In this document: piece after piece, positions 10,213-20,891 of the stretch
Position numbering within the stretch: the stretch's first letter is position 1
How the letters are laid out: the number at the start of each line of letters is the position of its first letter
DNA from: Trypanosoma brucei
Taxonomy: Eukaryota
Length of the DNA stretch: 64,000 nucleotides
Direction: 5' to 3'
NCBI GenBank assembly: GCA_000002445.1
Contig: CH464491.1
Span: forward strand, 1,728,001-1,792,000
Position numbers and translations under genes: made by a program
The notes under the pieces: model-generated
Databases searched by the model: none
The model's input: only the letters and a program-made list of their open reading frames with translations
Told to the model about the DNA's origin: nothing

Positions 10213-12615
10213 CTATGCGAGGTTAGTTGGAGCGCGTCCCCCCAAAAACTCGTATGTCTCCCAAAGATGAATGAGATCTAATACCGTGGGACACATCAGT
10301 AGTGTGTGTGGCGGAAACGGCAGCCTCGTGTAATGTGATAACCTACGTGTAAACTCCACTCCGGTCTGCAACAGAACACACCCGGAATGCACCTCGTAAT
10401 ACTTCACCGTAGGCGAAACCTGGTGCACACCAACTGCTCCAGGAGGTTGCCCATTCGCAACGACGATATACTCAGGTAAGCCACAAGACTGCTCTTGTGT
10501 TGCCATCACATCCTCCCACAAACAGTTCACGGAGGGAACACCACAACTAGTGCACGTGCCTGTCACAGGATGCGACACCTCGCACAAGCGCTGGTAACAT
10601 TCATTGATTTCCCTTCCAGTTTCTGGCCTTTTCATAACCAGTCCAAAGTCGACAAAGGTGCAGGAAAGGGTTTCCGTATATGCGAGTCGGGGTTCACACT
10701 CCCAGGATATAACTTTCAATATATCGTTGATTACGGCACACTTATTGAGGGTAGACTCCATAACGTGTTTGGCTCTACCCCTGCGAGGCGTCGAAAGGAT
10801 ATTCAGGGCGACAACGTCTGCAGGCTCAGATAGTACTACAACATCCCGTTGCTCCCACTCAACAAGCTTTCCAATACCCGGTTCGGTTGCGGAAAAGTCA
10901 AGTAACACATCGCCGTTTTGTAGCTGCTGGAGAGAATGTGTCAAGTCGTGGGAAGAACAAGTCACTGCCCGAGCAACTTCATCCAAAAGAGAGCCTATAG
11001 ACTCACTACTCCATGGCTTCCCGTCAACGGGAGAGTACACAGTTAAATGCATAGATGATGCATCTAGTTCCACACCGTTGTCACTCCAAAGCTGCAGAAG
11101 TTGGAGATGTTTAGACTGATTGTAGAAAAGGCTGTTCTCGGGAGTAAATATGGGAAGAAACTCCTTGTGCACCTTGATACCAGCGGCGCATGCGTAGCGC
11201 AGCACAAGAATGTCGAGGCGTTCCAGATCTACGGGATTGCCACAAACGATAGCGCAGCGGGTGCTTATAACTCGCGTTATCTCAACCTTGGAGAGGGGAA
11301 TAACACAAGCTGTCGGGCCTTCTGTGCGATCATAACGTGCCCGGGAAAAAATCTGGACTTGGTTTATCCTCTCAACCAAAAGCTGCAGGCATGGTATCGT
11401 TATGTTAACTAGAAGTAGAGCGAAGCTACAATTAGAGCACTTCCGTACATGGGTTTCAAGGCATCTCTCATCGTCAATGTAAACTGAACCGACAAAAAAC
11501 GCCGCATGGTACATGTTTGAGACGTTTCGCAGCAGGTCCTCCTCTGTTGGAGACATGGCAATGGCTAGTGCGGCTAGCACGTCCTTCCCACACGTGAGCA
11601 GCCCACCTCGCAGGCGAAGGATATCGAAGAGATTACGATACCCATGCTGCTTAGCCGTAACGTAGAAACAGGATGCGGCGTACAGCACACTAAACGGCCA
11701 GGCGACCAACGAGTAGTCAAAGAAGTACTCCCCAGGGGCGTCTGAAGGGTTGCGCAGGAACTCCACGATGTTTACAACATCCGGAAAAAGTGGCGGGCAC
11801 TGATCCACTACATGCTCCACAAACGGCTCCAGCAACTGGCGGTGCCGCTTGAAGAGGGCAGCAAAAGATTCGAAGCGGTCACGCTCCATCATGCTAAACA
11901 GACCAAAAACACTACACGCGGGTTGCCGCGGCAGTTTTGGGATATACTTGGATGCCCCACCCCACACTTCTGGCAGGGTCGCGTCACCTGCATCTTTTCC
12001 AACATCAGGAGAGCCGTAGTGCTGCAGCAAGTCACGCAAACTCGATACGCGCACGCGCCCACACCCGCAAGCTGCGTTGCCAACAGGTAAGAGTTCGCTA
12101 TAAGAGCTACTTCGCCCCATTCTCGTACCCCTGTTGCTGCAATGACTCGCAGGCGCGGCCACAGACCATGTTGCCGCAGCGGGGCTTGCACTGATATCAC
12201 TCCCGGGTTTACCGAAATCCTGATCGCCAGCCCGCCTCGGGTTGCGTAACGAGACGGCCCGCTTCCGTACTGGCGGAAGCACATTTTCTACATCAAAGGA
12301 CTCACAAGCATTAAGCGCACAACTCCTCATAGTTGTGGTGCTTCGAGTTGCCTCTGTGCTCGGTTGCGACTTGGGCCCCACCGAGCGAGACTGGGATACA
12401 TCTCGTGAAACAACTTCCCCATGATAAGGAACACCAGCTTCCCAACTTCGCCGCGACAGAAAGGGGGGGATCCCTTCAGTTTGCGCAGGCACAACCTCAT
12501 GCAAATGCGGCGATTGAGAGTCGCCAGGGTACGTTTTGTTGCGATTAACAATGTTTTCACTAGAATCCACAGCGGAATAGCGCCGCAATGGGCATCCTTC
12601 AGCTCCATCCGCCAT
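10213..12615 (-). CDS. hypothetical conserved protein, Cys-rich C-terminal region (800 aa from the first ATG)
   Basis: Long uninterrupted minus-strand ORF. The track start at 12717 is TTG, and the first ATG is at 12613-12615 (MADGAEG...). I recognise no domain. The C-terminal region is cysteine-rich (CTSCGVPSVNCLWEDVMATQEQSCG). Confidence 0.55.
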   Translation of the reverse strand: MADGAEGCPLRRYSAVDSSENIVNRNKTYPGDSQSPHLHEVVPAQTEGIPPFLSRRSWEAGVPYHGEVVSRDVSQSRSVGPKSQPSTEATRSTTTMRSCALNACESFDVENVLPPVRKRAVSLRNPRRAGDQDFGKPGSDISASPAAATWSVAAPASHCSNRGTRMGRSSSYSELLPVGNAACGCGRVRVSSLRDLLQHYGSPDVGKDAGDATLPEVWGGASKYIPKLPRQPACSVFGLFSMMERDRFESFAALFKRHRQLLEPFVEHVVDQCPPLFPDVVNIVEFLRNPSDAPGEYFFDYSLVAWPFSVLYAASCFYVTAKQHGYRNLFDILRLRGGLLTCGKDVLAALAIAMSPTEEDLLRNVSNMYHAAFFVGSVYIDDERCLETHVRKCSNCSFALLLVNITIPCLQLLVERINQVQIFSRARYDRTEGPTACVIPLSKVEITRVISTRCAIVCGNPVDLERLDILVLRYACAAGIKVHKEFLPIFTPENSLFYNQSKHLQLLQLWSDNGVELDASSMHLTVYSPVDGKPWSSESIGSLLDEVARAVTCSSHDLTHSLQQLQNGDVLLDFSATEPGIGKLVEWEQRDVVVLSEPADVVALNILSTPRRGRAKHVMESTLNKCAVINDILKVISWECEPRLAYTETLSCTFVDFGLVMKRPETGREINECYQRLCEVSHPVTGTCTSCGVPSVNCLWEDVMATQEQSCGLPEYIVVANGQPPGAVGVHQVSPTVKYYEVHSGCVLLQTGVEFTRRLSHYTRLPFPPHTLLMCPTVLDLIHLWETYEFLGGRAPTNLA

Positions 12616-13215
12616 AGGAGCTCCTTGCTGTGACCTGCACAGCCCCTGAAAGCAAAAAAAAGAGGGAGAAAAAGAAGAATTTACTAAACCCAGCGATTTC
12701 TCTACACCCCTTACCAATGACTGCTGATTAGTAGTTAAATTTCCTGTGTTAATCTTAATGCAATAAAATGGAACCCCACAACATCTGGCAAACGAATCGT
12801 TTCTTCGAGGCCTTCACCCTAAAAGGGAATTCCTCTGTTATCCGCAGCAGATACACACAAAGAGCTAATGCGACCAAAGCACAACGGTAAAGAAATCATC
12901 AATGGCCGCGTGCCGTTCCACTCCCCTCACCAGCAGCCCAGTCGCCTGTGAGCAGGCACATCGCCAACCAACAATAGTGGATAGGGATTATGAAGCCTCA
13001 AAATACTGGAAAAGTCACCGGTGCAGACGTATACCAAAAGCAACGGGACTCACAGCGGTCCTCATCACCAACCCCGGTCTTTCAGTATTCACGCACCAGC
13101 CGCACTCGCGTACGAACACTGTTCAGGGCAGGAAAAGTTGTCAAGGGCAGCAGACAACAGGAAGACAACTGCAAATAAGTGGCAACCGCGCAGTAGCGGA
13201 TTCGGTCCCACGGTC

Positions 13216-14910
13216 TCAAAAAAACAGTGTCACAGCGGCGTGGTCGGTGTGACGCAAGGCTACAGAACGATACACATACCGGCGCAACGCCCCCACGCCA
13301 GTTCCGCCGTGGGCAGTAGCACTGCTTCCCGCCACCGATTGTGAAGTTCGGCGCCCTGTCATGAGTTCCAACGCGGGAGGGTTCCACAAGACGCGGTCAC
13401 ACCACGCGGGTACACGCCTCCGCCCGTATGGATGGTGTGGTATGGAAGAAAGGCGTTCCAACACGCGAACCACGCTTATCCTGTCACTGGTCCCACTCTC
13501 TCGTTTATCCTCCCCATCATTAACCAAATGGACAGGAGTATCAATCTGGAAAGTCGCTTCCTCCGAATCCCTCGGGGATTGACACAAATATGTTGGGGGA
13601 AACCGAACCGCAAATTCCGCTAGCTCCATGCCACTCTGCTGCGCCACTACGTCCAGCAGGCGCTGCACCTCAACATCGTAAGGTCGGATTACTCCCATAT
13701 GCTGTGGGTTTTCAAAAAGCTCCCAGAAACTGTCCGGCGCCCGCACGTCACCGTCTGAAACTTTAACGTCCAGATTCTCCACTTCTTTTAAATACTGTAG
13801 CATATTATGCACGTCGAGGCGCGTATTAAAGTCGCCAAAAATGAACAGGGGGTCATCGGGGGAGATGAATGCCGCACACTCCGCCAAGGTTTCGAGCAGT
13901 GCCTCCTGACGCTGCAAAGCATAGGGGCTAGGACTCGCTGCCGCTGCCTCCTTGCTTTTCTTGTCGTTGTAGAGGTGCACGTTCAAAAAGTTCACCACAA
14001 CAGTGCCGAGGCGAAGTGATATGAGCAAATATCCTTTCCGAGACTCACCGGCACCAGAAAACTTCCCGCCGTGAAATAGAATAGTAGGCGAACTCCCGTA
14101 TGTCACAGGGTCGTCACCCACACAAACGAAGGTACGGTGGTGAAAGGAAAGAATGCTACTGATAGGGCACATGCGGTGAGACAGGTACACAACGCTTCCC
14201 ACAGCGGTGAATTGGTCCTCATCATCATTCGCCCGCATTAGTAATCCGGAGGTCCATCCAGCCTCCGGCAGTAGCTCCTGCAGGGCGTTAGCGAAGTAGT
14301 TGTTAAATTCTGTATGGAAACTCTTACCCCCGATTTCTTGGAAATGCACTACGATCACATCAATCAGTGGGGGTGGTCCCTGGCCACCAATATCGGCTGC
14401 CGAAGGATGAGAAGGGTCGTCGTCACCTGTGTTGCTCACTCTGATGTGCGCTGTGTACTCGCGGCGGCTGTATTCGAATATCAGCAACCGCAGCTCTGAA
14501 AGAAACTCCCTTACATCCTTCTGAGCATCCGAAGAGAGCTCATCATTACCGGCCTGTTTCTCACATTCCCTTCTGTGCTCTTCACCACCTTCTTTTGCCC
14601 CAGCGGCAGTGTCCCCAATGGCACCAACATTCTGAGTTATCATGAGCATTCTAAAGGGAAAATCGGGAGGCGAATGCGTGGAGAAGCGGGAGTACCCAGT
14701 GATGCAGTCCATCGGGGCGCCTCCCTTTGATGAAACCGGCCCCTCAACATGCGATAAATCACGCTGAGCAACCGCTGGTACGCCGCCGCTAAACGCCTCC
14801 TGCGCAGTGGTAGGCACCCCGGTAGACGTGGCATTACGCGGATCCCAGCCTGTCTGATGCTGTTGCGCGGACCGGAGTGTTGAGGTTATACCTTCCAGTA
14901 GGCTGCGCAT
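13216..14910 (-). CDS. inositol polyphosphate 5-phosphatase-like protein (endonuclease/exonuclease/phosphatase fold)
   Basis: It carries the 5-phosphatase signature motifs FIFGDFNTRLDV (compare GDLNYRL) and PAWCDRVLW (compare P-[AS]-W-[CT]-D-R-[IV]-L). The track start at 14964 is GTG. The first ATG is at 14908-14910, and later in-frame ATGs (MDCITG..., MLMITQNVG) are alternative starts. Confidence 0.65.
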   Translation of the reverse strand: MRSLLEGITSTLRSAQQHQTGWDPRNATSTGVPTTAQEAFSGGVPAVAQRDLSHVEGPVSSKGGAPMDCITGYSRFSTHSPPDFPFRMLMITQNVGAIGDTAAGAKEGGEEHRRECEKQAGNDELSSDAQKDVREFLSELRLLIFEYSRREYTAHIRVSNTGDDDPSHPSAADIGGQGPPPLIDVIVVHFQEIGGKSFHTEFNNYFANALQELLPEAGWTSGLLMRANDDEDQFTAVGSVVYLSHRMCPISSILSFHHRTFVCVGDDPVTYGSSPTILFHGGKFSGAGESRKGYLLISLRLGTVVVNFLNVHLYNDKKSKEAAAASPSPYALQRQEALLETLAECAAFISPDDPLFIFGDFNTRLDVHNMLQYLKEVENLDVKVSDGDVRAPDSFWELFENPQHMGVIRPYDVEVQRLLDVVAQQSGMELAEFAVRFPPTYLCQSPRDSEEATFQIDTPVHLVNDGEDKRESGTSDRISVVRVLERLSSIPHHPYGRRRVPAWCDRVLWNPPALELMTGRRTSQSVAGSSATAHGGTGVGALRRYVYRSVALRHTDHAAVTLFF

Positions 14911-16086
14911 TCGGATCTCGCGTTCCTTTTCGGGAGGACAACACGCGATCTTTTCAAAATACACTTATTGCTACTCCCCTCAAGGACAACTCTACTTCTA
15001 TTGCTCCTAAACCTCTACGAATGCAAGCCGCAGTAAAAAAAAAAAAATGGCCGCCAGGGGCACAACCAGAGTATCGGGCGGAGAACCCTAGTGGGCAACG
15101 AAATGATCTCCACGGCGGTAGCGTAATTCAATTCCCTTGGTTTATTGCCCTTAACCTAACAGTCCCCCCCCAACGTACGATTAACGCAGAAACAAATGTT
15201 TACGTAAAGAAATATAACATGCCCATTAACTTATAACGTTTTACTTTCACACACACACGCACAAACGATACCCCTTCTTCTCCCTCAATCCCTACCTCTT
15301 TATACCAATCTAACTTTGTTTTGGTTTTGCTTCACTTACATCTTTCCTTCCTCCCTCGTCCAAACAAAAAAAAAACGTACGTACTGCACAAATCTCTTCT
15401 CCCCAACACTAAACTTGCACTACCGCGTGATTCTTTCACCCCGAGAACAGAAGCTCTCATATCCCCGCGGCACCCATCACTTTCCATATAGGTTCTCTCG
15501 CCTTTTGAGGGGCTATCAATACCGAAACAAGGAAGGGAAGAAGAGAGCCGCGGCGGAACCCCTCCGGGGAAAAGTTTGCGTCTAGTAGCCTGTATCAGGT
15601 TTAAAAAAAAACGATAAGTTAAAGAGAGAAAAAATAACTATCGGCAGACACTTCCTGTCCGTCAATTTGCCCACCTACACCCCCTTCCCTGCATCCCCAA
15701 GCTTGGGAAACGGTCACGACTATCGCTTAATAGACGCCTCCATGCTATAATTGAGATGACAACCACTGAAAAAAAAAACCTGCAGGGGGTCGATCAGTCG
15801 TAAAATTTAAAAAAAAGGTGATGGGGTGATGAATTTTCCCAATATTCGCTGCTGGCGGGAAAACATTGCTTAAGTGTTGACGCACACTCTGGGTGATGGG
15901 AATACAGGTACTACTCAATTGGCGTCACTGGAACAGGGTGAATCTACCGCGCACACAGTGCCATAACGGACAATGCAGATTGTATTTCATGTTTGTTTGT
16001 TTTTCAATAGGGTTTAATTACATCAACTGCAGTAACATCCCCCACGTTCGAGCTGAGCGAGACACGGGTTCCCTCCCACGTCCTTT

Positions 16087-18828
16087 TTAAAGCTTGGCCG
16101 CGAATCCCTTACGCGCCTTCATCGCAGCCCTCCTATCCTTAATGGAGGCATGAGCAGCGGCAACAATCGCGACAGGCACACGGAATGGTGAGCAGGAGAC
16201 GTAGTCCAACCCCACCTTGTGGCAGAAACCAATGGTCGCAGGGTCGCCACCGTGCTCTCCACATATGCCCATCTTTAGCATTGGTTTCACTCTCCGACCC
16301 TTTGTCACGGCAATGCGCACCAGCTCACCAATGCCTTCTTGATCGATCGACTGGAAGGGATCCTGTGCGTATATCCCAAGGTTACCGTAGTGTCTTAAAA
16401 AGGGGCCGGCATCGTCACGGGAGAAGCCACATCCCATTTGAGTAAGATCGTTGGTGCCAAAGGAGAAGAAGTCCGCCTTTTGCGCGATTGAGTCGGCAGT
16501 TACTGCGGCGCGAGGAACCTCAATCATTGTGCCGACAGTGTAATGAACACGTTTTCCCGATTTTGTGATTACAGCTTCGGCCGTCTTTACCACCTCTTCC
16601 CTTATAAGCGAAAGTTCTTCCTTTTTCCCCACCAACGGAACCATGATTTCTGGGATAACACTGCTTCCTTCCTCACTTACCGCAATAGCCGCCTCGATGA
16701 TGGCCCTTACTTGCATATTGTAGATCTCAGGGTACGTGATACCCAGCCGGCATCCACGGTGGCCAAGCATAGGGTTCAACTCGTGCAACGCATTTACACG
16801 ATTTCGAACCTTCTCTGCAGGCATCCCAAGCTTCTGCGCAAGCTCAAATTGTGCAGCGGCGTCATGTGGCACAAACTCGTGCAGCGGCGGGTCGAGAAGC
16901 CGAATCGTCACGGGAAGTCCCCTCATCGCCCTCAATATGCCAACAAAGTCAGCACGCTGAATAGGTAACAGTTTGTCGAGGGCAGCCTTTCGGCCACTCG
17001 CCGAATCCGCCAGAATCATCTCACGGATGAAATTGATTCGGCTGCCCTCAAAAAACATGTGCTCCGTGCGGCACAACCCAACACCTTCAGCACCAAAACT
17101 GCGAGCCTTTGCAGCATCGGCGGGTGTGTCAGCGTTAGTGCGCACCCCAAGTCGTTTCATCTCCTGGCACCACTGAAGAATGGTCTGGAAGCTTCCCTTC
17201 AGATCTGGTGAACGAAGTTTCAGCTTGCCGGCGTATATCAGTCCTTTGGACCCGTCAATGGTGATGTAGTCGCCCTCCCGGAAGACACTGCCATTCAATT
17301 TAAATGACTTCCCCCTGATTACCATATCACCGCATCCGGAAACACAGCACTTACCCATTCCGCGAGCAACAACGGCTGCATGCGATGTCATCCCGCCACG
17401 TGCTGTAAGAATACCACATGCAGCATCCATGCCAGCAAGATCCTCTGGTGAGGTTTCAAGGCGTACCATGATAACTTTCTTCCCTCTACCACTCCACTCC
17501 TTTGCGGATTCTGCATCAAACACAACCTGGCCGACAGCGGCTCCGGGGCTCGCAGCAAGGCCCCTTCCGATGGGTTTGTTGGCCTTCTCAGCTCCAGGTT
17601 CAAGATTTGGGTGCATCAAATGGTCCACCTGATACGGGTCTATCCGCAAAACAGCTTCCTCCCTAGAGATAAGACCCTCATTGACCATATCGATGGCAAT
17701 ACGAACCGCTGCGTGAATCGTACGCTTGCCATTGCGACACTGAAGCAACCACAGTCGACCGTCCTGGACAGTGAACTCAAGATCTTGCATATCGCGGTAG
17801 TGATTCTCCAGTCTCTTACGAACATCACAGAGGAGTCTGTAGTTTTCGGGCATCGCCTCTTCCATGGATGGATAGCGCTTGCGACGCTCTTCTTCGCCGA
17901 CACCGTGAGCTTTGGCCCAGCGCAGCGAAAGCGAATGATTGATCTGTTGGGGGGTACGGATGCCCGCGACAACGTCTTCACCCTGCGCGTTAACAAGATA
18001 CTCTCCGAAGAAAAAGTTCTCGCCGGTGCTGGGACTGCGTGAGAAGGCAACGCCGGTGGCGGAGCGGTCGTTGATGTTACCAAACACCATTGCCTGGACA
18101 TTCACAGCCGTACCAAGAAGACCTGTGATGTTGTTCATGCGGCGGTAAATTGTGGCGCGGGGGTTACCCCAGCTACGAAACACAGCTTTGATGGCTGCGA
18201 ACAGCTGCATTACTGGGTCCTGGGGAAATGAGCACCCAGTCTTCAGCTCGAACAGCTCCAAGTACCCATCACAAAGCTCCTTTAGGTCCGAAGCGGTCAG
18301 GTCAGTATCAAATTTAGTACCACGTCTCTCCTTCATTCGGCTAAGTGCCTCCTCGAAGTCTTCACGCCCGACTTGCATCACAATGTCGGCGTACATAGTA
18401 ATAAAGCGACGGTATGAGTCATACACGAAGCGTTCGAGGCGAGGTGCGCGACGTACCCACGCGTCAACTGTCACCTTATTCAGACCGAGGTTCAACACAG
18501 TGTCCATCATACCAGGCATCGACGCTGCAGCCCCAGACCGCACTGAGAATAGTAGCGGGTTGGTAGGATCGCCAAACTTTGCCCCCATCTCCTTTTCCAC
18601 GCGGCTCACGTTCTCCCTCACCTGGTCCGCGACCTCTTGAGGAATAGTCTCCGTTTCTTGATACGTCTTGCAGGCTTCTGTGGTGATAGTAAATCCGGGA
18701 GGGACGGGGATGCCAAGGTTCACCATCTCTGCAAGGTTGGCTCCCTTCCCACCGAGGAGCTCCTTCATGTTCTTGTTACCGTCCGCCTTTCCACCACCGA
18801 AGTAGTAAACCCACTTTTTAGCCACCAT
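16087..18828 (-). CDS. PPDK: pyruvate phosphate dikinase (913 aa), glycosomal-type with C-terminal -AKL
   Basis: ATG confirmed. It has the PEP-utilising and PPDK motifs: the N-terminal ATP-grasp region GGKGANLAEM, the phosphohistidine region GGMTSHAAVVARGMGKCCV, and a C-terminal PEP/pyruvate-binding TIM barrel. The length of 913 aa equals that of T. brucei PPDK as I recall it. The protein ends in AKL immediately before a TAA stop. Confidence 0.95.
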   Translation of the reverse strand: MVAKKWVYYFGGGKADGNKNMKELLGGKGANLAEMVNLGIPVPPGFTITTEACKTYQETETIPQEVADQVRENVSRVEKEMGAKFGDPTNPLLFSVRSGAAASMPGMMDTVLNLGLNKVTVDAWVRRAPRLERFVYDSYRRFITMYADIVMQVGREDFEEALSRMKERRGTKFDTDLTASDLKELCDGYLELFELKTGCSFPQDPVMQLFAAIKAVFRSWGNPRATIYRRMNNITGLLGTAVNVQAMVFGNINDRSATGVAFSRSPSTGENFFFGEYLVNAQGEDVVAGIRTPQQINHSLSLRWAKAHGVGEEERRKRYPSMEEAMPENYRLLCDVRKRLENHYRDMQDLEFTVQDGRLWLLQCRNGKRTIHAAVRIAIDMVNEGLISREEAVLRIDPYQVDHLMHPNLEPGAEKANKPIGRGLAASPGAAVGQVVFDAESAKEWSGRGKKVIMVRLETSPEDLAGMDAACGILTARGGMTSHAAVVARGMGKCCVSGCGDMVIRGKSFKLNGSVFREGDYITIDGSKGLIYAGKLKLRSPDLKGSFQTILQWCQEMKRLGVRTNADTPADAAKARSFGAEGVGLCRTEHMFFEGSRINFIREMILADSASGRKAALDKLLPIQRADFVGILRAMRGLPVTIRLLDPPLHEFVPHDAAAQFELAQKLGMPAEKVRNRVNALHELNPMLGHRGCRLGITYPEIYNMQVRAIIEAAIAVSEEGSSVIPEIMVPLVGKKEELSLIREEVVKTAEAVITKSGKRVHYTVGTMIEVPRAAVTADSIAQKADFFSFGTNDLTQMGCGFSRDDAGPFLRHYGNLGIYAQDPFQSIDQEGIGELVRIAVTKGRRVKPMLKMGICGEHGGDPATIGFCHKVGLDYVSCSPFRVPVAIVAAAHASIKDRRAAMKARKGFAAKL
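16090..16098 (-). other. PTS1-type peroxisomal/glycosomal targeting tripeptide -AKL at the PPDK C-terminus
   Basis: Reading the minus strand, the codons gcc-aag-ctt (A-K-L) sit directly 5' of the TAA stop at 16087-16089. PTS1 consensus is [SAC]-[KRH]-[LM], and trypanosomatid PPDK is a known glycosomal enzyme. Confidence 0.8.
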
Positions 18829-19070
18829 TGTGTATAGTGGATGCTGATAGGTTTAGATATTTGGTTATAATGAATTTAAATTCTCTTATAATAGCCTCAA
18901 ACTATGCGACGACGCAGGATTGTTCGCAGAAAATTCAAAGAAGACGGAGGAAAAGATTGACTGCAGTATCATAAATAAGTGAGACACTACATTAATCAAG
19001 TTCAAATGAAGGTAACTGCAGCGAAAAAACACTCAAACGCCAGCAAACACATGCGCTCCTCCATGAGTCG

Positions 19071-19844
19071 TCACACTATGAACTTCATACACCTAGTTGC
19101 CTCATGCACAACATGACATTCGATAGAGCAAAAAAGCGCAGTGCGACAACGTACGCATCTGTAACCCGCGGGAAGCAAACAAACGGAGCACAAGTGATGA
19201 CCACCCGCATGAGCCGGTGGTGGCGCCGTCATTGACGCGTAGCTCACCGGAGGAACCCGAAGCTCGGACGAGTTCAACCCTTGTGCAAGCAACCAGGAAC
19301 GGATGTATTGGCATTCACGGGCCAAGTCGTCAGAGGAAGCCGTCGTAGAATCCTTATCACATTCGATATCGTCGTTATTACCACTTGCTGAACCACATGA
19401 AGTCCTCCGGCCACTCCTCTTATCTTTTTCTGCATGTGGCTTGGCGTCCCGCCGCATACGCTTGCCGCGAACCGGAGGAGCAACTAACTCATCCTTCTCA
19501 GAAGATGCTGCAGACGACCACGTCGACACGGAAGATGAATCTCCCTCCGCCTTGGTCTCTCGATGCTGCTTTTCATCCTCATTCAATCCCATGGCCTTTA
19601 AGTAGGTACGGTGTTGTTCCAGGATGAATCGGCTAAGGTGAATACGCGACGGGGCGGTGGCCGACGCCACACTTTCCTCCAAGAACTCAGTCTCTGAAGC
19701 AACGCCATTCGCTGGAGGTGCATCACGCCGTTGCCTACGAAGTACATCGGTTACATTAACAAAAGCGTTGTCATCACAAAGTTTCTCCAGCCGCTCCTCC
19801 TGGAGCTGCTGCGCGTATGTGTTCCGGATGCGGGGGCCGACCAT
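19071..19844 (-). CDS. zinc-finger protein with C-terminal HIT/MYND-type Cys/His cluster (257 aa)
   Basis: ATG confirmed. The C-terminus reads HLCSVCLLPAGYRCVRCRTALFCSIECHVVHEATRC, which fits C-x2-C-x7-C-x2-C-x5-F-C-S-x2-C-H-x2-H-x4-C. The rest is Ser/Asp/Glu-rich and low in complexity. Confidence 0.55.
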   Translation of the reverse strand: MVGPRIRNTYAQQLQEERLEKLCDDNAFVNVTDVLRRQRRDAPPANGVASETEFLEESVASATAPSRIHLSRFILEQHRTYLKAMGLNEDEKQHRETKAEGDSSSVSTWSSAASSEKDELVAPPVRGKRMRRDAKPHAEKDKRSGRRTSCGSASGNNDDIECDKDSTTASSDDLARECQYIRSWLLAQGLNSSELRVPPVSYASMTAPPPAHAGGHHLCSVCLLPAGYRCVRCRTALFCSIECHVVHEATRCMKFIV

Positions 19845-20080
19845 GACTCTCTTTTAGGAAAGTGCTTTCAATTGCAATCCAATGTGAAAAGAGGACAACA
19901 AGAAGGATTTTAAAAAGCTGAGAATAAAAGTCCCAACAAAGATTCCTTCAAGAGTATATCTCCCACCACCACACAGGTCAAACAGAGGATAAGAACATAA
20001 ACCTAAAAAGATCAAAATCAATAAAACGGGAAATGGGCAAATAGAAACGGTGGTAAGTACACAGCTTACACCACGTCCTC

Positions 20081-20653
20081 TTACCGGTTGGCCTTGGCGA
20101 CGCGCTCCACCTCATCCTTCTTTTTGATGGCATAGGAATTGGAGCTACCCTTCGACGCATTCACGATCTCGTCCGCAAGGCACTCAGGAAGTGTCTTGAG
20201 GTTGCGAAACGCCGCCTCACGCGCCCCCTTGCACATGAGGTAGATTGCCTCATTAACACGGCGCATCGGTGACACATCAACAGCCTGCCGCCGCACAACA
20301 CCACCAGCGCCAACACGTGTGGAGTCCTCACGCGGAGCTCCCTTGGAGACGGCATCAATAACCACCTGAATGGGGTTCTGATCCGTCAACAAGTGAATGA
20401 TCTCCAATGTGTGCCTCACAAGACGCACGGCCTGCAGCTTCTTACCATTGCCACGACCCTTGAACATCAGACCATTCGTGAGGCGCTCCACAATGGGGAT
20501 GCGTGCCTTGCGGAAGCGCTTCTTCTGCCAACGTCCAGCAGAGTGAGGCACATATGTTGGTGTCCGCGTGATGTAGTCGTTAAGAGCTATCTCCGTCGTC
20601 TGGAGATTCTCATATGACCACTTGTTGAAGAGCTTCGGTGCCTTTGCGCTCAT
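20081..20653 (-). CDS. RPS5: 40S ribosomal protein S5 (uS7), 190 aa
   Basis: ATG confirmed. The sequence is uS7 family throughout ([28 protein letters not shown]...[34 protein letters not shown]...). Confidence 0.95.
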   Translation of the reverse strand: MSAKAPKLFNKWSYENLQTTEIALNDYITRTPTYVPHSAGRWQKKRFRKARIPIVERLTNGLMFKGRGNGKKLQAVRLVRHTLEIIHLLTDQNPIQVVIDAVSKGAPREDSTRVGAGGVVRRQAVDVSPMRRVNEAIYLMCKGAREAAFRNLKTLPECLADEIVNASKGSSNSYAIKKKDEVERVAKANR

Positions 20654-20891
20654 GATGGTTTTCTAAATTTATCAAACGTGAATTTTGTAGGCAAAGGGGG
20701 AAAGGCCGTAAGTGAAGCTGAATAACAGCAGCGAGAAAAGGTGAGAAAACAGAACGAAACAAAAGGGGGAGCATTTATGTACCACCTTATCGGTTATCTG
20801 CATATAAACGATTTGTACGCAAATGCTTGAGGGTTGTTTGATGGGTAGGGGAGCTGCCTCGTAAAGGTGAGGCCCTTGAACACAAACGCAC

